NCBI GenBank assembly: GCA_964016885.1
Contig: OZ024741.1
Span: 40,610,001 to 40,674,000, forward strand
DNA: 64,000 nt
Reading direction: 5' to 3'
Origin: Eledone cirrhosa
Taxonomy: Eukaryota
Below are positions 26,202 to 39,022 of this stretch, piece by piece. Position 1 is the stretch's first letter; each line of letters begins with the position of its first letter. The position numbers and the translations under genes were made by a program. The notes under the pieces are model-generated. The model saw nothing but the letters and a program-made list of their open reading frames with translations, was not told the origin of the DNA and made no database searches.

Positions 26202-26443
26202 TTTCCCAATTTGTAGAAAACTTATAATGGAAAGAGAGATGTATTTTAATTATGTCTCATATAAAATAATACAACTGGCTATCCGCAAAATACGTATAGT
26301 TAGCATCCCAAACGTATATTTGGGATTATACTAAGGTATATCCCAATGTTTGTTGAGTGAGACGGAAGCCGGTCGGAGTATTGCTTAAAGCTTTCTCTGT
26401 TAATGTATTAAATACATACATATATATAGATTCATACATACAT

Positions 26444-26476
<33 letters not shown>

Positions 26477-26835
26477 AAGTACTTGACGATGAGCATTCTA
26501 GTTGTTCAATAAACTGATTGAATAATACAAACGATGTTTTAATATACAGATTCATTATTTGTGTATATATAATATATACAAAGCATATAAATAAATTTAC
26601 AGTAGAATAACATAGCAAATATGTTTTAAATATATACATAAATAACATTACCAATGCTTAAATAACATTATAAATTGCTCGCGATTCTTTCAGAAGGATA
26701 TATTCCTTTAATGTTGCAATATTAAAGAAAATATACGTGTATATATATATACATACATATATTTATTCAACTAAGGAAAGTTAGTTGATTGACAAACACT
26801 CAACAGTTTATGTTTATCCGGAGTTTTATTATAAT

Positions 26836-26937
26836 AATTGTTTCTACTTTGGCACAAGGCCAGCAATTACCCAGTGTATTTCTGGTACTTTATTTTATCG
26901 ACCCCATAAGGATGAAAGGCAAAGTTAACCTCGGTGG
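26836..26937 (-). mobile_element. SINE fragment (Nin/Deu-domain type)
   Basis: Reverse complement of gcctttcatccttatggggtcgataaaataaagtaccag; matches 34136-34327. Confidence 0.7.
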
Positions 26938-27342
26938 GTTATAATAATAAACAAGAAAGACGGTATTTGCCCATTTCATTTGTATAACATCTGCCCTACG
27001 TGTTCTCATATCAACGAATATCTCATATCAACGGATATTTACATCTTGCATGGATAACTTTTTTTTTACATACATACATACACATATATATATATATATA
27101 TATATACAATATATTAATAAATGGAAACTATATTTATAAAACCATATTTATTTTATACATATTTCAAGTATATATATGTATTTCATCAGATAAAATACAT
27201 ATATATATGTATGTATGAAACTTAATTATTCGTGTAATGCGACTGCTGTAACGTTTTTAATAATTATTTGATATTACTTACCTTTTGCTTTAACAGTTTC
27301 TCCATTTCTCCTGTGTTGGTTGTCATTCGCACTATTCTCTGA

Positions 27343-27514
27343 AGAAAAATGGCGCCAAACTTTTCCTTTTGAAAGAATAATGTGATTTGTCACGTGATTG
27401 TGTTCACGTGATATTACCTCTAAATATGTGTATACGTATACACATATTTAGAGGTAATATCACGTGACAAATCACATTAGTCTTTCAAAAGGAAAAGTTT
27501 GGCGCCAATTTTCT
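27343..27514. promoter_or_regulatory. Spacer-less palindrome carrying YY1-like (AAAATGGCG) and E-box (CACGTG) motifs; candidate promoter
   Basis: Centre TATAC|GTATA at 27435/27436, arms ~80-90 bp. The palindrome is certain; the promoter role is inferred. Confidence 0.45.
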
Positions 27515-27559
27515 CCTTGTAAGTTCAGAAAAATGATAAACTGGAATAATTCTAAAATC

Positions 27560-27745
27560 GGGAAAAAATGTTATATCACTCAAATGATGCTATTGCATTG
27601 AACATCCTTTTCACACTTCCAGTATCGATGGAAAATGGTGAGAGTAGTTTCTGAAAGCTGAAGCTTATAACATTTTACATTCACTCTACAATGTTGCAAG
27701 AGAGTTTTGTTGACTTGCTTTTTAAACGATAATAAAGCGATTATT
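27560..27745 (+). mobile_element. hAT transposase C-terminal dimerisation-domain fragment (decayed)
   Basis: Reads IALNILFTLPVSMENGESSF*KLKLITFYIHSTMLQESF, resembling the hATC consensus LTLPVS.ASGERSFSKLK.IK.YLRSTM.QERL. Confidence 0.75.
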
Positions 27746-28393
27746 AATCATTGAAAGACTCAAAATAATAATACTATGGAATATTTTTACTTAGTCCGGT
27801 TAAGAGTATACTATTTTCCATTCCCGAGTGTATACTCTTAAGCAGACTCGACTGTACCTGCGGGGCTAGACCGAGGGGGCAGGGAAAAGTCGGGTCCCAT
27901 CACAATATTCCCGTTCCGTGATAGTAAGGCCCCTTCACCTGAGGGGCAAAGGTAAAACCTGCAACGATACATTTTCTCAAACAAGAACCTGGTTAATTTC
28001 GTGCTCGACAAGTCTGTCATCATAATTCAATACACATCAGCAACCAACAGTATATATATATATATATAATACCCTGTTGTATATCAATACTAGCTGCTTC
28101 CTACCTCTTTATCAGGTAAATATCATTTTTTTAAAGGTGGGTGGAAAGAATTGGCTGTTATTTCTAGCAAACTGAGTGCCCACATAGTATGTGTATATGG
28201 GGGAGGGGTATGTTAAAGTAAGGGAGTACAAGTGTTTGTGAAACATTTAACCATTTACATTATAAATTCAAATGTGTGGGTAGTTCTTGGTGATCGAAGG
28301 AAAGGAACCGATACGAGATCCATTAATTCTGTATAAGCCTATCAGAGGTTCATCGATATACCAACCATTGGTAAATATTCCAAGCATACACAT

Positions 28394-28714
28394 GGCACTA
28401 CAACGCTATTAGCTGTCAGTCGTGAAAGCAGGCGAAGGTGGCGTCATTCGTCATCGTTTATTTCCGTATTACTACCACCACGCGTAAGTGGAGTTTTCAC
28501 GCGTTTTTTATTTTTTTTATTAAAGCATATCGATGTAAGTGGAGTTACTTAAATGCAAATATAGGTGGCCCTTAAAAGGGCCAAATTAGAAAACAAATTT
28601 AAGTTAATTAGAAAAAAAAAAAAACTCCACTTACGCGTTGTAGTAATACGGAAATAAACGATGTTTTGCTTTCATCGGCTGCTTTCGACTGATAGCTAAT
28701 AGTGATGTAGTGCC
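28394..28714. mobile_element. MITE with long TIRs (GGCACTACAACGCTATTAGCTGTCAGTCG) and nested inner inverted repeats
   Basis: Terminal IR plus inner IR ttatttccgtattactac / gtagtaatacggaaataa; half copy at 28990-29028. Confidence 0.8.
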
Positions 28715-28807
28715 GTGTATCCTTCGCATTACACTTTAAAGCAATACATATGATCGCTTTGATGACTCTTATTCGTTTCTAAGGGTCTCGTTTTTCTCTC
28801 TTCTTTC

Positions 28808-28858
<51 letters not shown>

Positions 28859-28940
28859 AAAATCTTTCCCTCTGTCTATCTCTTTCCCTCTCTGTCTATC
28901 TTTTGCCATAAAAACGATAATGATAATCAATTCAATTAAG

Positions 28941-28990
<50 letters not shown>

Positions 28991-29304
28991 CTGCTTTCAC
29001 GACTGACAACTAATAGCGTTGTAGTGCCGGATACACTAGTATTTGAGGTACCATCATTTGGGATTTTAACCCTCGGACTTTTCCCTCCCGGTTTTGAAAT
29101 TTATGGAAAATTTAGGGGTGACTAGGAATATTACATAATGTAGGGATTTTCTTTTCCTTTTCTATCATTTCTTATTTATGTATTTATATATTTATTTATC
29201 TACTCTCGTGATTGGTATTCCGACAAATGTTAGGGGTATATTTTGTTTTTTTATTATGTCAGGTATAGCATCCAAAAATTTCTCCCTTCCCCCAATATAT
29301 ATAT

Positions 29305-32300
29305 ATCATCATCATCATCTTCGTTTAACGTCCATATTCCACGCTCGCATGGATTTGGACGGGAGTTTTCCCACTTGAGGCAAGAGTGGTTGTCTTGCTC
29401 GCATAGGACTGTCTGGTGGGTTTTCTACGGCTGGATGCCCTTCCTAACACCAACCACATTTACAGTGTGGAACTCGGAGGTTTTTACCGTGTTACCTACA
29501 CGGCCACATTACAGCGTGGACTGTGTGTTTTTTTGTTGTGACACCTACACGACCTCATTTGTTTCGGGCTGGATGTTTTGGTACCAACATAACTTTACAT
29601 TGAAAGGGGTGGTGTGGATGGGGTGGGGGTAGTGGGACGGGGGTGTATTTTGTTAGAGGTGTCTACTGACTGTAGTAGGTTTCACTTTGCACTTAGGTAA
29701 GGCGGGTCTTCTCTATTACTGTGTAGCGCCAAAGATCTCGGTCCAGTGACATTGTCTTGGAGAGGTGTAAGTGTGTGAGGTCGGAATTTATCAAGTCGTC
29801 CCAGGTTTTTCTGGGTCTGCCTACTCCGTGGCTACCGTCTATTTTTATTGCCCTGCACTTTTTTTATACAGCTGTCGATTTCATGCGCATCACGTGACCA
29901 TACCAACGTAGTCTTCTCTCGAGTAAACAACATCTGATCTCTCTTATTTCTAATTTCTCCCTTAGTTCGTTTATGCTTTGCCGTTCACGTATATTACTAT
30001 TACACATCCAGCGGAGCATGCAAGCTTCGTTTCTCTCCAGTCTGCGTATATCCTCTGCACACAATGCCCAGGTCTCACTGCCATGTAACATTGCTGTTCG
30101 TATGCAGGCATCATACAGCCTGCCTTTCATTTTTAGAGAGAACCCTTTAACGGCCAATAGTGGTATAAGCTCTCTGAACTTTTTCCATCCCGTTCTGACT
30201 CTAGCTACTGTACTTTCAGAGCACCCTCCCCCACTGCTGATTTTATCACCCAGGTAACGGAAGCTGTCCACTATTTCTATAGAACCATCTGTGCAATGGA
30301 ATGAGTTAGTATTCTGTGGGCACTTGCTGCTACTTATTGCACCAGAGCACCGGCTACATAAAATCTATATTCTTAGTTAGCTTACCTGTGATCCCACTAC
30401 ATCTTTTATGTACCCATACTTTGCATTTGGGACATAAAATGGAGTTTCTACCTACTCCTTTCCTACACACTGAGCATGGCCATTTCCCAGATGGGACCGG
30501 TGCCCTATTTTCCTTCCTACAAATTAGAACTTTAGTCTTAGACAAGTTGACTTTAAGGCCTTTTGATTCTAGGCCATGCTTCCATGTTTAGAATTTCTTC
30601 TCTAGTTCAGTCATTGATTCAGCTATGAGCGTTAGATCATCTGCATATAGGAGTTCCCATGGGCAGCCAGTCTTGAACTCCTCTGTTATAGCCTGAAGGG
30701 CAATAATAAATATTAGGGGGCTAAGGACGGAGCCTGATGAACACCAACTTTTACACTAAACTCTTCACTATATTCGTTGTTAATTCTAACCTTGCTGACT
30801 GTTTCTTTATACATGGCTTGTATAGCTCTCACAAGCCATTCATCAACACCTAGTTTTCTAAGGGCCCACTAGATAATCGAGCGGGGTACTCTGTCAAAGG
30901 CTTTCTCCAAGTCAACAAAAGCTAAGTATAGGGGTTTACTTTTAGCTAGGTACTTCTCCTGTAGTTGTCGTACAATGAAAAGAGCGTCTGTTGTACTTTT
31001 ACCTGACACAAACCCGAACTGCATTTCGTTTAGATCAATTCGCTCTCTGATTAGTTGCGCTATTACTTTTTCTGTGACCTTCATGACCTGGTCAATTAAT
31101 TTAATGCCTCTATAGTTTCCCCTATCTAGGGCATCACCTTTACCCTTGTTAATGATGATGCTGCTGCGCCAGTCCTTCGGAACGACCCCATTCTGTATGA
31201 CTTGGTTTACTATCCGGGTGACCATAGTGTGTCCCACCGTTCCAGATGCTTTCAGCATTTCGGCAACTATTTCCGAAGGCCCGGCCGCCTTGCCCGTCTT
31301 CATGTCTTTGATCGCCTTACTTATTATACTACCTTCAACTTGCACTGCTGGTCCCTCAATTGGGTCGATGTGGGGGAGACTGTCTTTCTCCCAATTATTC
31401 TCCTCATTTAGTAGCCTTTCGTAGTGACACTTCCGAGCTACCTTCTTATCAGCGTCAGTGATGGCAAGTACACCATCATCATATAGGACACACTTCTCCC
31501 CGACAATATCACTGTTTTCCTTGACACATTGCCTAGCAATCCTGAACACCTCACGTTTTTGGTCCTCGCGTTGTAGAACATGTTTGAACTTTCTTTCCTC
31601 TGCTTCCCTTCTTGCGAAGTACACTTGTCTCCTAGCTTCCCTCCTGGCCACTTGATAGTCTTCTCTACTACCCCCATCCCGCCATGCTTTCCAAGCCTGC
31701 TTTTTGGCCTTGATTGACCTCTCCACCTTACTGTTCCACTACCAAGTTACTCTCCTCCTGCCTATAGGCCTGCTCCAGCCACAGGTTTCATCTGTCGCCT
31801 TCAGCAGGTTAGCTTTCAGGAATTCCCACTGTTCCTCTATATTGTACGACTCTAATTGCTCTTCCTTACTATCAAAAGCATCAAGTAATATGCTTTTAAA
31901 TTTATGATTGACTGTGGGGTCCTTTAATTTCCATAATTTTCTCCTGAGGATAGTCCTCTTCTGTTGTCGAATACGTCTCGTCCTGACTATGAGGTCGCTA
32001 ATTATGAGTCTATGTTGAGACGTGCATTCTTCATGGGGGAGGGATTTAGTGCTTACAACAGACACTCTGTCACGTCTCCTGGTAAGGATATAATCTACCT
32101 GGCTTGTGTGTTCCCCCGATCTATAGGTGATCAAGTGATTGTCTCGTTTTTTGAAGTTAGTGTTACAGATAGTTAGGTTATTTGCGTCACAGAATTCCAG
32201 GATTCTGGAGCCTTCCTCATTTCTAGTACCAAACCCATAGCCTCCATGGATTCCGTCATAGCCGTCACAATGTTGTCCAACGTGACCATTTAGGTCGCCA

Positions 32301-32330
32301 GCAATAATTATATAGTCACTGTCGGTTATT
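29305..32330 (-). mobile_element. RTE-clade LINE, 5'-truncated within the APE domain, with stops/frameshifts
   Basis: SQVDYIL / SQHRL (APE end); NYRGIKL, QFGF, AFVDLEKAFDRVPR, YADD (RT); Cys-rich WPCSVC..CPKC..WVHKRC insert; RRLRWYGHV; (GAT)n tail at ~29305. Confidence 0.93.
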
Positions 32331-33045
32331 TGGAGATGGGGTTATGTTAGCCATCCGCGGCCGAAACAAAGAGGAGGAGTCTTTGCATTCTCGTCCATGA
32401 GGTGAATTTGTCTTTATCTTTGGCATTGTCACTGAGCGTCCAGATTTTTTCTTTTCAACTCTCCAAAATTCCGTAGTCCATCCATCATATCGAAAGGCAA
32501 CCAGGTAAGCGATAGCATAGGCCGCTGACTTATGATTGCCCCACGTAATAATGGTGGTGGGAGGGATATTGGGTAGTTAGCGAGAAGGTTAAGGTTTAAA
32601 TAAGATCCCCATATTTTGGGCATAATTTAACAAGCATAAAACAATAATACAAGATTTGTTTTGAAAAATACGCTAGAAGTATTGAGGAGAAAAGCAAAGA
32701 AAAGCAAATGAATGGACTAAGGAATTAAAATGGTGAGAAGAGTGAAGAAATATTTGTACGTTACATTACACCATGAAAGCAGCCATCCTGAATAGGAATT
32801 GGCGATTTTGAGGTTTCGTACTTGCAGGATTTATTTTATATATGGAGAGGGGGGGGGGGATTGGCGGCGAACCAGCATGATATAGGGGTGAAGATAGGAG
32901 GGAGCAGAGATTAAGAGTTTAAATAAAGTCCTCGAATTTGGGGCATAATTTAGTCAGCATAACAAAATATATTTAAAAATATATAAGAAGTTTTGTTTTG
33001 AAAATACAACAGAATATATATTTATACATCTTTAATGTTATTTTT

Positions 33046-33316
33046 GCACTACAACGCTATTAGCTGTCAACAGCAAAGTAATCAAAGTGTGTATATATTT
33101 TGGAGAGGACACCGTGTGTATATATATATGTGTGTGTGTGTGTATGTGTAACTTGTAAAACTGTAAAAACGCAGCGGTATATTCTAATTTTGCCCTTTTA
33201 AGGGCCACCTATATTTTCATTTAAGTAACTCCACTTACGCGTGGTAGTAATACGGAAATAAAAAATGTTTTGCTTTCATCGGCTGCTTCGACTGACAGCT
33301 AATAGCGTTGTAGTGC
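33046..33316. mobile_element. Second copy of the same MITE family
   Basis: gcactacaacgctattagctgtca ... tgacagctaatagcgttgtagtgc. Confidence 0.78.
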
Positions 33317-33509
33317 AAAAATAACATTAAAGATGTATAAATAACATTATAAATTGCTCGCAATTCGTTCAGAAGAACATTACAAATATAATACCATTGA
33401 TAAACATATCAAAGAGAGGAAAGATAAAAGAAAAAAATGGGCAACAAAAACTGCCATCAATTCACCATCATGTGTGACAATCGGTCGCACATTACATAAT
33501 CAGGATTAA

Positions 33510-33683
33510 CTAAATACTTTGAGGCAAGCCAATACCCTCGCAGCATTGCCACTGATGATGGCGAGGCTAAGACGTTGAAACAACCAGGTATCACCTAACA
33601 CCTCAGTAAGGTGAACCGCCAGTGATGACAAGAACTTTACTGTCAGCGGCCCAACTCCACCAAACGTCTCGAACTCCACAGTC
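33510..33683 (-). mobile_element. CRE-clade non-LTR retrotransposon, restriction-like endonuclease 3' fragment
   Basis: ETFGGVGP..FL..LA...WLFQRLSLAIISGNAARVL. Confidence 0.72.
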
Positions 33684-34135
33684 TGGAGAAAATAAATACT
33701 AGAAAATGTAAACAGATTATACCGGTCCAAAATAATTTGTTTTCAAATAAATATTTCAAAGCCCGATTGATTCGAGTTTTTGCGCAAGCAATATTATTAT
33801 GGCTAGCATGTGTAGTGTGTATATTGATATTATACGCAAGTATATATACATGTAGATATGATACATCAAATAAAATCGTAATTGACAATATACACAGAAA
33901 TTGAACGAGGATTGTGTTACACTGTCTTATGCAATCAGTAACGTAATCCATGATACATTAAAAAAAATTAGTGACAGAAAATTAATGTTTATTTAAGCGA
34001 TCGACACCGGAAATGTTGACATTTGAAAATTTTAAAGAAGTGAATCTTTAAATAAATAATAAAATATATTTAATGAACAGCCACGAAATTTAGTAGATAA
34101 ATTATGTAATATTCATTCATTATTTATTCAAAGAA

Positions 34136-34327
34136 GGCGGTGGATTGGCAGTATCAATAGAGGGTCGGACGCCATTCTTTGACGCATAGAGTTACGCCCC
34201 TTGCCATTCTGAGTTCAAATCTCGCCGAGGTTAACTTTGCCTTTCATCCTTATGGGGTCGATAAAATAAAGTACCAGTAATGTACTGGGTAATTGCTGGC
34301 CTTGTGCCAAAAGTAGAAACAATTATT
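34136..34327 (+). mobile_element. tRNA-derived SINE with Nin/Deu-type domain
   Basis: ggcggtggattggcag head, gagttcaaatc B box, gcctttcatccttatggggtcgataaa domain. Confidence 0.75.
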
Positions 34328-35184
34328 TATTCAAAGTAATCCAACTTATTTTACTAACGGAATAAAAAATTATAAACCGTACGCAGTCCCGCGCTTCTTA
34401 CTTTATTATAGTTTAGATACATATTGTTGACTAGGATTGGGTATTTGTGAACAGGGATGGTCACGGTTGTAAAGCTGTAGTTGTACTGAAATTTCAGAGT
34501 AGAATTTATTTAACTCCTAACTTATTTATTATGCCTTTTTATGATAATCAAATAACCATCTTTTGAACATGAGAAATTCAGAAACTTCGAACAACAATAA
34601 CCCCCTTCCTCTTCTTTTGTGACCTAATAGTCCTTGCTACTTCTCTCCTTTCCTCTCATTCATAACATTTGTAGTCCTTTCCTTTACAACCAGATTTGTC
34701 CTTCTGCTGCCCTCTCTTTTCATTACTTAATTTTGTTTGTTTTTTTTCTTCTTCATATTTTCATCAATATTTGTAATGTTATTTATACAATTGTAAATAA
34801 AAAGAAAAACACTTTTATATAATCAAAAAAGTTTAAAAGATTTTTATTTTTATTTTTAAGTGACAAAAAGTCACGATAATAGATAATGTTAAAATAAATA
34901 AAAAATTTTTTTTTTTTTCAATATTCCCACTGCTTTGTAAGTCAGCTTGACATTTACACTTCTTACATCACGCTTAAATCTTCTAAAAAGATAGAAATTA
35001 GCTGCAGTAGACCCTTTGGCATAATTGTCACCTGACTTTTGAGAGATGTGGGGTTTGATTTTCTGCGTGAATCTCTGACCCTTTTTTCTGTCTCTAGGAG
35101 TACTTTAACTGATGTATTCAACTATTTTTGTTGGTATGTCCACATGTTGTCATGTTCGACATCCAAGTTTGTTAAATTTACTTA

Positions 35185-35965
35185 TGAGGGTCGGCTGAAA
35201 ATTTCATAAGCTGACCAAGAAACTCTCATGGAATGACAAAATGAGGTTTATTTTTCAACATTGTCATCATCATCATCATCATCATTTTACGTCCGCTTGT
35301 CCCTGCTTGCAAGGGTGGGATGGGTCCTATTCAGCATCTCTCCACTTGTCACGGTCCTTCGTCATCTCATCTGTGAGCTTCAGCGATCTGAGGTCAGCTC
35401 TCACCACCTCCGCCCATGTTTTTCGTGGTCTGCCTCTACTGTGTCTTCCTTCTGAGATTTCTTGGCACTTCTTTAGCCAGCGGTCATCCTCCATGCGTAT
35501 CACATGTCCATACCATTGCAGTCTTCTCTCCCGCACACTACAACTTATCCGTCTTATACACAGTTTCTCTCTCAACTCATCTATGCTTGGTCATTCACGC
35601 ACATTGACATTGCACATCCAACGGAGCATGCTTGCTTCATTTCTCTCCAGCCGTCGCATATCCTCTGCAGTTGCTGCTCATGTCTCACTACCATGCAAGC
35701 ATCACATAGACCATGGAAAGAAACAATGCAATTATTAATAAAAAGAGTTGAAATTAATGCATGCAAGATTTCACAGCTCTAGGCTCACTCCTTCATAGGC
35801 TGACCAAGATACTCTCATGGAATGACCAAATGAGGTTTATTTTTCGACATTGTCCCTGGAAAGAAACAATGCAGTTATTGATAAGAAGACTTGAAATTAA
35901 ATGCATGCAAGATTTCACAGCTCTAACATCACTCCTTCATAGTCTACCTATAAACTTTTCAGTCA
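35185..35965. mobile_element. Mariner-like MITE interrupted by an RTE 3' fragment (35262-35695, minus)
   Basis: tatgagggtcggctgaaaa...ttttcagtcata ends; internal duplication; the RTE piece encodes RERRLQWYGHV..GRPRKTW with a (GAT)n tail. Confidence 0.6.
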
Positions 35966-36309
35966 TATGCAAATTGTTACACAAGAGGTCATTGTTGTAT
36001 AGTTAGATTATGGAGCCTGGAAGAAATGTTAAATATATAAAAGGTTATCTAAGAGATGTGTCAGAGAATATGTAAGTATTCTATAGAAATGTGTAAAAGA
36101 AAATACAAATATGCAAGAAAATATATGTAAAAACGTAAGATAAGATAATGTGTTAATCTTTCCTCACAGAATTGTAGTGAATTCGTTCAATGTTAGTGTG
36201 ATCTATAGTAACTTTTTATACAACAGTTTAAAAAGGCATTCAATACATGTGTAAAAGTGACGTCTGAATGAGCATCCTCCATTACCAACTAACTTACCCT
36301 CTGCCTCTG

Positions 36310-36800
36310 GGTCCCAGCCGATAGGATAGAGAATACATTGCCCTGGAGGACGGCGAGGGAGAGGTGTTGGAACAGACTCTTCACCTCACGTGGCTTGCAC
36401 CTGTAGGTAGACAACTCTGCTCCGATAGCAGTGAGTAGGGATGTGGTCCAAGGACCAAGAATGCTGGAAGTCTCCACTCTTACAGGATCTACCACAAACT
36501 TAGAGAGTGGCCAATACTTGGACAGTTTGCCCTCTTCGCTTTGGCCTGGGCTGGTAGCTGAACGCACCAGGTTGCCACTTGAGTAGGTGTCACAGCATGT
36601 GGCATCCCAGATGAAGGGCCTACCCCCGTGGAATGGAAAGATTGTCATGCCATCTGGCCTTTTGCCGTTCCTTCAGTCAAGCCCTGCTGGCTCGAGCTGG
36701 GAAGGGAAGCCTGTGCCATCCAGGCCATACTTTATAATCTTGTTTAGAGCAGTATGATGTGGGAGGCAGCCAGCACTAACGGCAGGACAGTGGGTGGAGA
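36310..36800 (-). mobile_element. CRE-clade non-LTR retrotransposon RLE fragment
   Basis: GKRPDGMTIFPF..GRPFIWDATCCDT...EEGKLSKY...VETS..LGP...LFQHLSLAVLQGN. Confidence 0.8.
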
Positions 36801-37207
36801 CAGAAAGGATCATCAATGGTACCACAGTGGCATTTGTGAGGTTCACGGAGGCCGAGCATCAGGGAAACACTGATGTGCAAGCTGTCACTGTCCACCTGAG
36901 AGCCAGTGTGAATAATATTTCAAATGGACAGGTAGAAAATCAAGAGGCACAATGGGCAATTAACCCTTTCATGACCATATTGCTAATGTAATACTCTCTA
37001 TTTCAGTTAGTTAATGAAGAATTTTGGAGGATTTACAAAAATTATGAATTATTTCATTACTAAGACTAGCATTCTGCTAGCATGTGTAGTGTGCATATTT
37101 ATATTATACGCAAAGATATATGCATGTAGATATGCTTGTTATTTGTAGCTTGATATGGTAGTATTTATGCACTCAAACAAATTTATCACAATAATCTACA
37201 TTATATA

Positions 37208-37665
37208 CTAGCCGAATTAGCTGCACCTTGCTGCCTTTCACACATTTTTTTTTTTGTAAGAAAATGATGATTGATTTTAAATCAGTGATATAATTTATGG
37301 AGAAAAACTCTGCATTTCAATATTACTCAATGTAAAATGTAATGCATGAAAAATTGGAAAACATTATTTTTTGTAATATATCAAATCAAAATTACATGAT
37401 TAAATCTTATTCTTATTTTGTTTCTTGTAAATAATTTTTTTCAAAATATCAATTCAAAGCTTTTGTGAATAGGCATCATATCTTGTCATTTACTTATGGT
37501 TTAAATTTCATATAAATCGAAGGGAAACAAATGAAATATATTTAACCAAGTACCCTGGGCAATGTAGTTTCATAATATATGTGGTTATGGGGGGTCTATC
37601 TCCAAAACCATAGGAGTTTGTGAACAAACAAATAGACAGGAACTACAACTTTATATATATATAGA
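37208..37665 (-). mobile_element. Non-autonomous Helitron-like element
   Basis: Minus strand 5' a|TC tatatatatataaagttgtag, 3' ..gCTAG|t; ends shared with 39023-40194. Confidence 0.55.
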
Positions 37666-38019
37666 TTTAACCTTTAATTGACTAGCAGTTATTTTGTTTT
37701 ATTTGTTAATTAAGCTCTACTTACATATGATTACTTCTAAACTTTCAATAGTACATAAATTACATTCATCCCCACCACCCTTGTATGGATTAGCTGCTCT
37801 AACTATTGACAAGTTAGCAAGTATTCTATATTATTGCATTATTGCACCTCCATTTAAACATACAGCATTCTGACTCAGAGCTTGATTTAAATTTAGTTTT
37901 GTAGATCTAGTGGGTAAGTCAGTTATACACTAGTTTTGTCATCATTTCTTTACAGAAAAAAATAAATGGTGCAACTTATAGACATGTGTATGTATTGTAT
38001 ATAAAAATCATATAATTTA

Positions 38020-38925
38020 TTTCCTTTGCCCACTTAGAGGGTCGTGGGGGAAGAGTCCTGAAACACTCCTTCCAGTGGGTCCTGTCAGAAGCAGCCATCT
38101 CCAACAGATTCAGCTAGATTCCCAAGCGAAACCGACCATGCTCATGGATGTTATCCAACCATCTTGCTCCCTGTCTACTCCTGTGTCACCTGCTGGTTGG
38201 TTTTGCCAATAAAATCTGTTCAGCGATTCTTTCCTGAGACATTCTAACCACAGGTCCATAGTATCAGAGCTGTGATCTCTCAATGTGGGGAAGTAGTGGC
38301 TCTACCTGGAGTGAATCCCTGATCTCCAAGCTACACACTCTATTGAATGTTGCTCCAAAGACCCTTACCCATCTATTATTAACTAAATTGTATCTAATTA
38401 ATATTTGGTTCTCAATGTCAGGAACGAGTAAAATCTGGAGAGACAAGAAAGCCACCTTCTGTTGATGGTAAGTATATATTAACATTCTGCTACCAAATTA
38501 TCTGAAACCACTGCTGGTAATATGATACTAAGCTGTTAATTTTAAAGTGTTTATATCCATCTAAAAACCTTCCATTATAATTTTATTTTGGAAACTACCA
38601 GATAAACCATCTCCAACTGATCCAGGTGGATCCCCAAGCTTGACCAGCCAAACTCATGGATGTTATCCAACTATCTTGCTCAGGGTCTACTCCTGGGTCT
38701 CTTGTCGGCTGGTTTTGCCCATAAAATCTATCCAGTGATTCTTTCCTGAGACATTCTAACCACATGTCTGTAATATCAGAGTAGTGATCCCTTAACTCAG
38801 AGAAACAGCAGCTCTACTTGGAGTGACTCTCTGATCTCCACGGTTGCTTCTGACAGGACCCACTGGAGGGAGTGTTTGAGGACTCTGCCTCCACCACCCT
38901 CTCAGGAATAAGTGGGCAAAGAAGA
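38020..38925 (-). mobile_element. Two decayed LINE 3' fragments (38020-38360, 38600-38925) flanking SSAT exon A; related piece at 56400-56655
   Basis: Mutually similar segments (gctcatggatgttatccaac, gacattctaaccaca) with RTE-like C-terminal coding remnants. Confidence 0.55.
38422..38467 (+). CDS. SSAT-like (diamine N-acetyltransferase/GNAT) gene, internal coding exon A
   Basis: cag|GAA...GATG|gtaagt, 46 nt, phase 0 to 1, ERVKSGETRKPPSVD. Phase and size match vertebrate SAT1 exon 2, but sequence similarity is weak. Confidence 0.6.
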
Positions 38926-39022
38926 AGACCAGATAAATAATGAGAAAGTTATTTTGCTAAATGACTCCAAATTTATGTTTTCACCACAAATTATCCATAA
39001 CGTAATTCCTCATTAGTTACTA

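Larger units (their letters stand above)
21428..26414. mobile_element. Non-coding element with ~220-bp direct repeats (21428-21648, 26202-26414) in (TA)n, interrupted by the Gypsy insertion
   Basis: Near-identical repeats; ~500 bp unique interior (21649-22143); pre-insertion period ~710 nt. Confidence 0.7.

Noticed and set aside
33506-33730. Host-gene exon suggested by a good acceptor (ttttctccag) on the minus strand
   Set aside because: The peptide matches the C-terminus of CRE-type retrotransposon endonucleases; exonisation cannot be shown from sequence alone.
34003-34046. ETS-like motif ACCGGAAAT plus short ATG..GAA|gtgaat as first exon of the SSAT-like gene
   Set aside because: Phase fits, but the donor is weak and MLTFENFKE has no similarity to the SSAT N-terminus; unsupported without transcripts.
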